In this document: positions 8,540 to 14,841 of the stretch, one piece after another
Layout of the letters: the number at the start of each line of letters is the position of its first letter
Numbering within the stretch: the stretch's first letter is position 1
NCBI GenBank assembly: GCA_945861645.1
Contig: CAMAVZ010000039.1
Span: forward strand, 1 to 14,841
DNA from: Opitutus sp. GAS368
Lineage (GTDB): Bacteria > Verrucomicrobiota > Verrucomicrobiia > Opitutales > Opitutaceae
DNA length: 14,841 nt
Reading direction: 5' to 3'
The notes under the pieces: model-generated
What the model was told of the DNA's origin: nothing
Seen by the model: only the letters and a program-made list of their open reading frames with translations
The model's database searches: none
Position numbers and translations under genes: made by a program

Positions 8540-9799
8540 TTAAAGCGGCGCGACCGGCTTGAGCAGAATGGCCCCCGCCTTGGTTCGATCAAAGGCCCCC
8601 TCCCACATGGCGATGACCACCATCGCCACCGCGTTACCGCAAAGATTAGTGAGCGCGCGGGCCTCAGACATAAAACGATCGACGCCGATCAAAAGCGCGA
8701 GACCAGCAATCGGGATGTGACTCACCGCGCCCAAAGTTGCCGCGAGCGTAATAAAGCCACTGCCCGTGACGCCGGCGGCTCCTTTGGAAGTCAGCAGCAG
8801 CACGCCAAGAATAGTGAGCTGCTGCGTCAGCGTGAGGGGAGTATTGGTCGCTTGGGCCACGAAGATCGCGGCCATCGTCAAATAGATCGAAGTTCCATCG
8901 AGATTAAAGGAGTAGCCCGCCGGCAAGACGATCCCGACCACCGAGCGCTCGCAGCCGACAGCTTCCATGCGCTGAATCATGCGGGGCAAAACGGTCTCCG
9001 ACGAGGAGGTGCCCAACACAATCAATAATTCCTCTTTGATGTAAGCGAGCAGTCGAAAAACACTGAAGCCATGCCAGCGCGCGATGGCCCCGAGGACGAC
9101 AAACACAAAAAACGCGCAGGTAATATAGACGCAGAGCATTAATTGCCCCAAGGAAATCAGCGAACCGAGACCGTACTTGCCGATCGTGAAAGCCATCGCG
9201 CCGAACGCCGCCACTGGGGCGATTTTAGTAACCATGCTGACTATCCCAAAAAAAGCTCGGGCTACGTCGTGCAACAAATTGACCACTGGGCGGGCGTGAT
9301 CACCCAAACCCGCGAGGGCAAAACCAAAGAGCAGTGAGATCAGCAACACCTGGAGAATTTCCCCCTGCGCGAAAGCACCGACGAAGGTATCAGGAATCAC
9401 ATGCAGCAAAAAATCCGTGGTGGAACTATGCTGCGCGGCGGTGGTGTACTGCGCGACGGATTTCGTATCGAGCGTGGTGACGTCCGCATTAATGCCAACT
9501 CCCGGCTGGATCCAGTTCACGACGAGCAAGCCGATGACGAGCGCGAGGGTGGAGACGACTTCAAAATAAAACAGCGCCTTCAACCCAACGCGGCCAATTT
9601 TCTTGAGATCGCCCATGCCCGCGATCCCCGAGACAACGGTCGTGAAAATAATCGGGGCGATCAGCATTTTGATCAGCTTGATAAAAGCATCGCCCAGCGG
9701 CTTCATGGCCGCGCCCCAGGCCGGCTCCGTATAACCGAGGATCACCCCCAGCACGATGGCGATGAGCACTTGGACATAAAGGTGGCGGAGTATTTTCAT
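8540..9799 (-). CDS. dctA: C4-dicarboxylate:cation symporter (DAACS family)
   Basis: [63 protein letters not shown] and [14 protein letters not shown]. Confidence 0.95.
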   Translation of the reverse strand: MKILRHLYVQVLIAIVLGVILGYTEPAWGAAMKPLGDAFIKLIKMLIAPIIFTTVVSGIAGMGDLKKIGRVGLKALFYFEVVSTLALVIGLLVVNWIQPGVGINADVTTLDTKSVAQYTTAAQHSSTTDFLLHVIPDTFVGAFAQGEILQVLLISLLFGFALAGLGDHARPVVNLLHDVARAFFGIVSMVTKIAPVAAFGAMAFTIGKYGLGSLISLGQLMLCVYITCAFFVFVVLGAIARWHGFSVFRLLAYIKEELLIVLGTSSSETVLPRMIQRMEAVGCERSVVGIVLPAGYSFNLDGTSIYLTMAAIFVAQATNTPLTLTQQLTILGVLLLTSKGAAGVTGSGFITLAATLGAVSHIPIAGLALLIGVDRFMSEARALTNLCGNAVAMVVIAMWEGAFDRTKAGAILLKPVAPL

Positions 9800-9832
9800 A
9801 AACGAGCTGAGGCAGAGACGACTAACATCAGC

Positions 9833-11623
9833 TTAATGTCCGGCCCCGGCAGAATGCTCCTGAATATATTCCTGCTTGAGACCGAGTTTCTCCGGGGCGT
9901 GAAGGACGAGCATTTTCATGCGAATATCTGAGGGAATGGTCGCCGCAGTGAGTTTGGAAACTCCGATCATCAGTCCGATGGCGAGGGGAACAGTCCAGAT
10001 GGCCGGTTGCTCGCACAAGATGCGGAGCAGCGGATTTACTTTCCAAAATGCAGCCAAGTCCACGATCTTGAGATCGCTCAGATTGATGATGGTCGTGCAG
10101 GCCAAGGCCGCGAGCCCACCGCCAAGCATGCCGGTAGCGGCCCCCTGCATCGTCATCCCGCGCCACCATACGCTCATGAAGAGCAGCGGAAAATAACTCG
10201 CCGCGGCGATGGCGAACGCCTGGCCGACCATAAAATTAATTTGTAGCTGCTCGACTTGGGCCCCCAGCCCAATGGCGATGGCCCCAATCACCACTGCAGA
10301 AATTTTGAAAGCAAACATCCGTTCAGCTGCGGTAGATTTCGGCCGCAGCATGCGCCCATACACATCATGCGCGAGCGCGCCTGTCATGGAAACCAGCAGT
10401 CCGCTAAACGTACTCATGAATGCTGCAAAAGCGCCCGCGCACGTGATGCCACTCAATACGCTGCCCCAAACCCCGCCGCGCTCGTTTAACAACCGCGGTA
10501 ATTCCAAGACGATCTTGTCCGTCCCTTTCGCGCCGGTCGCAGCGTAAAGCTCCGGCAATAAATCGCGCCCGAGCACGCCAAAAATGGGCGGGAATACATA
10601 AAAAACCCCGATGAGAATCATCACCCACATGGTGGTCTTCTTCGCCGCGACCCCATCAGGGTTAGTATAAAAGCGGACCAGAATATGCGGCAAACCGGCG
10701 GTCCCACAGACGAGCGCAATAATCAGCGAATACGTATAAAGCAGTGAATAGGGTCGAGCCTCCTCCGCGGTCAAACCAGCGGTCTTGGCCGCTTTCGTCG
10801 TGAGTGGGCCGAAGGGCGAAATCCACGCGAGGTCGCTCGGGGCTTTTTCACCCAGCGGTTTGCGGAGAATCGTAACCGCCGCATCGCCGCCGCCAGCATT
10901 AGCCGCAGGCGGCGCGCTGAGCACAACGGCAGGCGCGATTGACCGACCATCATTAACTTCGAGATGACGCCCATAAAAGCCGTAGACCGACATCAGGACA
11001 AAAATGGGCACACAGATCGCGAATAGCTTAATCCAATACTGGACCGCTTGCACCAGCGTAATGCCCTTCATGCCGCCGAGGGCAACGTTCAGCGTGATCA
11101 CCGCGCCGACCAACACCACCCCCACCCAGTAAGGGAGTCCGGGGAAAATATAAGCGAGCGTTGTCCCCGCGCCTTTCATCTGGGGCATCGTGTAGAAAAA
11201 TCCGATGAACAGCACGAAGCAGACCGCAATTTTCCGGAAGACCGGCGAATCATAACGGCCCTCAGCAAAATCCGGAATCGTATAGGCGCCGAATCGGCGC
11301 AGCGGTCCGGCGATGAACAACAATAAGAATAAATAGCCGCAGGCATAGCAGACCGGATACCACAGCGCGTCATAGCCGCTCGACATCACCATGCCGGCCA
11401 CCCCCATGAAAGAGGCCGCCGAAAGATATTCGCCGGAGATGGCGGAGGCATTCCAGCCGACTGAAACCGAACGACCCGCGACAAAAAAATCACTCGCAGT
11501 CTTAGAGGTTCGGGCCGACCGGAAGCCCATCCAAATCGTCACAACCACCGTGACAAAAGAAAAGGCGAAGATCCACGGATCCACGCCGGCGAATAACCCG
11601 AGGGGTAAGGCGGGGGCGCTCAT
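9833..11623 (-). CDS. Sodium:solute symporter family transporter, cation/acetate symporter (ActP-like)
   Basis: SDFFVAGR, AISGEYLSAASFMG, PLRRFGAYTIPDF, GTAGLPHILVRFYTNPD, GAFAAFMSTFSGL and VGQAFAIAAAS; many TM helices. Overlaps the upstream DUF485-like gene by ATGA, with AGAGGAGG 7 nt upstream. Confidence 0.9.
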   Translation of the reverse strand: MSAPALPLGLFAGVDPWIFAFSFVTVVVTIWMGFRSARTSKTASDFFVAGRSVSVGWNASAISGEYLSAASFMGVAGMVMSSGYDALWYPVCYACGYLFLLLFIAGPLRRFGAYTIPDFAEGRYDSPVFRKIAVCFVLFIGFFYTMPQMKGAGTTLAYIFPGLPYWVGVVLVGAVITLNVALGGMKGITLVQAVQYWIKLFAICVPIFVLMSVYGFYGRHLEVNDGRSIAPAVVLSAPPAANAGGGDAAVTILRKPLGEKAPSDLAWISPFGPLTTKAAKTAGLTAEEARPYSLLYTYSLIIALVCGTAGLPHILVRFYTNPDGVAAKKTTMWVMILIGVFYVFPPIFGVLGRDLLPELYAATGAKGTDKIVLELPRLLNERGGVWGSVLSGITCAGAFAAFMSTFSGLLVSMTGALAHDVYGRMLRPKSTAAERMFAFKISAVVIGAIAIGLGAQVEQLQINFMVGQAFAIAAASYFPLLFMSVWWRGMTMQGAATGMLGGGLAALACTTIINLSDLKIVDLAAFWKVNPLLRILCEQPAIWTVPLAIGLMIGVSKLTAATIPSDIRMKMLVLHAPEKLGLKQEYIQEHSAGAGH

Positions 11624-11940
11624 TGCTTGGCCTCCTCTTGAGCGGCTTGAACCTGCGCAACTTCATCATTTTCCAACCAAATCGAGCGGCGAATAAAATA
11701 CCACGAGATCGCCCACACCGCAGGAAAAAAGAGCACGCCCAGAATGAGCCAGCTCAGCGTGAAGCCGGCGACGCGGGTAGCCATCAAAGCCGGCGCCCAA
11801 TAGTTGGCGAGGGGTAGTCCAAGCAAAACCACGAGAAAAGTGGCGGCGCAGATTACGGACAGTTTTAATTGGCGGCGCATCAGCGAATGCAAAAACTCTT
11901 CGCTGTGGACGCGTTCCTGGGGCGAGGGAGACGGAGACAT
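11620..11940 (-). CDS. DUF485-like two-TM small membrane protein (ActP partner)
   Basis: FLHSLMRRQLKLS followed by two hydrophobic helices and WYFIRRSIWLEND; 4-bp overlap with the symporter. Start taken at ATG 11940 (MSPSPSPQERV, 106 aa). Confidence 0.82.
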   Translation of the reverse strand: MSPSPSPQERVHSEEFLHSLMRRQLKLSVICAATFLVVLLGLPLANYWAPALMATRVAGFTLSWLILGVLFFPAVWAISWYFIRRSIWLENDEVAQVQAAQEEAKQ

Positions 11941-11948
11941 TGGCCTGC

Positions 11949-11976
11949 AAGATGGCGGTCGATCGGCCGCAGGCAA
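11949..11976 (-). promoter_or_regulatory. Candidate promoter/operator of the DUF485-symporter-dctA unit
   Basis: TTGCCT-N16-CATCTT-N8-ATG. The spacer is the near-palindrome GCGGCCGATCGACCGC. Confidence 0.4.
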
Positions 11977-12034
11977 CAGGGATTTTTGCCGACCGTGGCT
12001 AGTCATTGATCTGCCCCCTAACCAGCCGCCGCGA

Positions 12035-12820
12035 TCAGTAATCCAAAAACTTCATCTCCCCAAGCTTGACTTTAAAACGCTCCCGGTAAGGCGTCACCCG
12101 CTTAAAATCCGTGCGCGTTGCCGTGTAATTTCCACCCACCTTTACAAACAAGACCGACCCCTCGCCCTCCGCTCTCAGCGCCGTGATGGGCGGTGCAAAT
12201 GCCGGATCCACCGTGACGAAGTTAAGATCGGCTTCACCCGATTTTAATTTAAATACGAGCATCATGCGCAGCGCGGCGCGCAACCGCACCCCGACGTGCG
12301 TTAAGGATTGCTGGGCTTTATTGACCTCAACCGTGACGCGGAATTTTTCGGGAGGCAGCCGCTGATTGTCATCTTTGATCAGCGGCACCTCGTAAGTAAT
12401 GGTGGTAGCCGTCTCGGCCGCGATGGTCGCCTGAGTGAGATTGAGCAGCTCGCCGAGTGCCCGGCGAGTCTGGCGGCGCTTTTCCTGTTCCGCCCGGCGC
12501 TGCTTAATTTGCCGAGCGGTGGGCTCCAGCCCATTGATTTTAAGTGGCGTCCACTGTTCTGCAAAAGGCAACGAGGGGTCGAAACGAACCACCAGCTCTT
12601 CCTTGGCTTGGCCCGCTCGATCCTTGTTCACGGTAGTTTGAGTGTAAGCCCACCGCTCGCTATCCAAGGAGGATTTTTTAATGGCCTCAGCTAGAAGCGG
12701 CGGCGTCTGACTTGAAAGCGAATCCTGCGCTGTGCTCAGCGCAGCGTCGTTAATGGGTTCCTCGCCCCGCAAGCAGGCCGTCACGAACAAAGTACCCGCT
12801 AAAACAAAAAATCGCCTCAT
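12035..12820 (-). CDS. Exported hypothetical protein, beta-rich
   Basis: Long ORF filling the gap between pckG and the DUF485-like gene. Signal-peptide-like MRRFFVLAGTLFVTACLRG-EE, with VTAC a possible lipobox. Alternative start at 12832. No family recognised. Confidence 0.8.
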   Translation of the reverse strand: MRRFFVLAGTLFVTACLRGEEPINDAALSTAQDSLSSQTPPLLAEAIKKSSLDSERWAYTQTTVNKDRAGQAKEELVVRFDPSLPFAEQWTPLKINGLEPTARQIKQRRAEQEKRRQTRRALGELLNLTQATIAAETATTITYEVPLIKDDNQRLPPEKFRVTVEVNKAQQSLTHVGVRLRAALRMMLVFKLKSGEADLNFVTVDPAFAPPITALRAEGEGSVLFVKVGGNYTATRTDFKRVTPYRERFKVKLGEMKFLDY

Positions 12821-12826
12821 TCTATG

Positions 12827-12855
12827 CACCATGCGCCCTGGATTTATTTCTGCAA
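12827..12855 (-). promoter_or_regulatory. Candidate leaderless promoter of the exported hypothetical gene
   Basis: TTGCAG-N16-CATGGT-N7-ATG; the -35 starts exactly 35 nt before ATG 12820. Confidence 0.4.
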
Positions 12856-12922
12856 GTTTGGAGGACGGAATAATACCGTCCGCGCCGACCCATCTTGCGA
12901 ACGGCCTAAGCCAGAGCGCTGC

Positions 12923-14743
12923 CTACATGCGACAGATTAAAAGCTCGCGCTCGAACATGAGCTCTTTCGGCAGATGCGAGTGAACATCGAGGAAAAGTTC
13001 TTCGTGTCCGAGCACTTCGGCGCGCCACGCGACGCGGTCAAAAGCTTGCAGCTCTTCAAATTTTTCGCGGGGGAAATCCAAACCCTCCCAATCGATATCT
13101 TTATAACGCGGCACCCAGCCAATGGGAGTTTCTTTGGCTCGACCACCCCCGCGCACGCGATCGAAGATCCATTTCAACACGCGCATATTTTCACTAAAGC
13201 CCGGCCACGCAAAATTACCGGCTTTATCCTTACGGAACCAGTTCACGTGGAAAATGCGCGGCGTCTCGGTGAGATTGCGCTGCATATTAATCCAATGCCG
13301 GAAGTAATCGCCCATGTTGTAACCGCAGAAGGGCAACATCGCCATCGGATCGCGGCGCACTTTGCCGATCGTGCCAGCGGCGGCAGCGGTCATTTCAGAG
13401 CCCATGGTCGCGCCGACATAAACGCCGCTACTCCAGTTAAACGCCTGATAAACGAGGGGCATCGTGGTTGCGCGGCGACCGCCAAAAATAAAGGCACTGA
13501 TCGGCACGCCGGCGGGACTCTCCCAGTCAGCGTCCATCGTCGGACACTGCGACGCGGGCGCGGTGAAGCGCGAGTTCGGGTGCGCTGCCTTGACCCCTTT
13601 CTCCTTGGCTAGGGCCGGGGTCCAATCATTGCCCTGCCAATCGAGGGCATGCGCCGGTGGCTTATCGGTCATGCCTTCCCACCAGACGCCGCCGTCATCC
13701 GTCAACGCGACGTTGGTAAAAATCGTATTCTTCGCCAGCGCCTTCATCGCGTTCGGGTTGGTGCTATTGCCGGTGCCGGGCGCAACGCCGAAGAAACCAG
13801 CTTCAGGATTAATCGCCCGCAAGCGGCCGTTAGCATCTGGCTTAATCCACGCGATATCGTCGCCGACGGTCCAAACCTTCCAGCCCTTCTTGGCGAAAGC
13901 AGGCGGCGGAATGAGCATGGCGAAATTCGTCTTACCACACGCGCTGGGGAAAGCGGCCGCCACGTAGGATTTTTTGCCTTGGGGATTTTCGACGCCCAAA
14001 ATCAGCATGTGTTCTGCCATCCAGCCTTCATCGCGCGCCATGGCACTAGCGATGCGCAGGGCGAAGCACTTTTTCCCGAGCAAAGCGTTGCCGCCGTAGC
14101 CGGAACCGTAAGACCAGATTTCGCGCGTCTCGGGAAAGTGAACGATGTATTTCTCCTGGTTACACGGCCAGGCGACATCTTTTTGCCCTGGCTTGAGTGG
14201 GGCGCCCACCGAATGAATACACGGCACCACGCGCTTAAAATCTTGATCGATCAGCTTAAAGATTCGCGAGCCGATGCGGGCCATGATGCGCATGTTGACG
14301 ACGGCGTAAGGCGAGTCGGTCAGCTGGACGCCGATCTGCGACATCGGCGAACCGATTGGGCCCATGCTGTAAGCCAACACGTACATCATACGACCCCGCA
14401 TACAGCCGTTGAAAACTCCGCGGAGAGTTTTCTTCATCTCATAGGGATTCACCCAGTTGTTGGTCGGACCCGCCGCGTCTTTCGACTGACTGCAAATAAA
14501 AGTGCGATCTTCGACCCGCGCGACATCCGTCGCGTCAGAGCGCGCGTAGTAGCAGCCCGGCCATTTTTTCTGATTTAATTTAATGAAAGTGCCTGCCTTC
14601 ACCATCTGCGCACAAAGCGCATCATACTCGGCCTTCGAACCATCGACCCAGTGAATCGCCTTCGGTTGGCAGAGTACGGCCATTTTCTTCACCCACTGGA
14701 TTAAGTGCGGATTGCTGGTCAGCGGGGTGGCGGATATTTTCAT
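12923..14743 (-). CDS. pckG: Phosphoenolpyruvate carboxykinase (GTP)
   Basis: [42 protein letters not shown]-loop [36 protein letters not shown] and [13 protein letters not shown]. Start is ATG 14743 or 14746. Confidence 0.98.
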   Translation of the reverse strand: MKISATPLTSNPHLIQWVKKMAVLCQPKAIHWVDGSKAEYDALCAQMVKAGTFIKLNQKKWPGCYYARSDATDVARVEDRTFICSQSKDAAGPTNNWVNPYEMKKTLRGVFNGCMRGRMMYVLAYSMGPIGSPMSQIGVQLTDSPYAVVNMRIMARIGSRIFKLIDQDFKRVVPCIHSVGAPLKPGQKDVAWPCNQEKYIVHFPETREIWSYGSGYGGNALLGKKCFALRIASAMARDEGWMAEHMLILGVENPQGKKSYVAAAFPSACGKTNFAMLIPPPAFAKKGWKVWTVGDDIAWIKPDANGRLRAINPEAGFFGVAPGTGNSTNPNAMKALAKNTIFTNVALTDDGGVWWEGMTDKPPAHALDWQGNDWTPALAKEKGVKAAHPNSRFTAPASQCPTMDADWESPAGVPISAFIFGGRRATTMPLVYQAFNWSSGVYVGATMGSEMTAAAAGTIGKVRRDPMAMLPFCGYNMGDYFRHWINMQRNLTETPRIFHVNWFRKDKAGNFAWPGFSENMRVLKWIFDRVRGGGRAKETPIGWVPRYKDIDWEGLDFPREKFEELQAFDRVAWRAEVLGHEELFLDVHSHLPKELMFERELLICRM

Positions 14744-14749
14744 CATGCA

Positions 14750-14778
14750 AGTTTATAAAAAATCCCCCCGCGAGTAAA
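14750..14778 (-). promoter_or_regulatory. Candidate sigma70 promoter of pckG (leaderless geometry)
   Basis: TTTACT-N17-TAAACT-N6-ATG(14743), a good match to TTGACA-N17-TATAAT. No Shine-Dalgarno sequence. Confidence 0.6.
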
Positions 14779-14841
14779 CGGGAAAGGACTGAGCCAAAAT
14801 TCTTTTAAGTGCATTTAAATTCAGCATTAGCGCTACCGCTT

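Noticed and set aside
9804-9833. AGCTGA...TCAGCT inverted repeat between the symporter and dctA
   Set aside because: 6-bp stem with a 17-nt loop; compatible with chance.
9833-11623. Calling the SSS transporter putP because of the nearby putA
   Set aside because: Motifs (GLPHILVRFYT) and the DUF485-like partner indicate the ActP-like subfamily.
11941-12006. N-terminal extension of the DUF485-like ORF (128 aa)
   Set aside because: It does not look protein-like and covers the candidate promoter; ATG 11940 gives a typical length.
12974-14578. Long plus-strand ORFs (212, 167 and 309 aa) opposite pckG
   Set aside because: Antisense shadows expected from GC-rich codon bias; no recognisable motifs.

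Overview
Gene-dense bacterial chromosomal window of moderately high GC, with no rRNA, tRNA, CRISPR or mobile element seen. Gene style suggests Verrucomicrobiota/Opitutaceae, which is an unverified impression. Left to right: S9 serine peptidase (+, probably 5'-truncated); purE (-); a three-gene minus-strand operon of ECF sigma factor, small membrane anti-sigma-like protein and a 572-aa exported beta-repeat/multi-TM/RDD fusion protein; divergent putA (+); then a minus-strand block of pckG, a secreted hypothetical protein, a DUF485-like protein, an ActP-like sodium:solute symporter and dctA. Main leads: (1) the ECF/anti-sigma/repeat-RDD operon, which looks like a self-contained 'split RsiW-like' envelope-sensing system with its own candidate ECF promoter and terminator; (2) a similar C-terminal decapeptide in two unrelated exported proteins; (3) four genes with a -35-like hexamer starting 35-36 nt before the start codon, suggesting leaderless mRNAs; (4) a high-GC3 patch inside putA.
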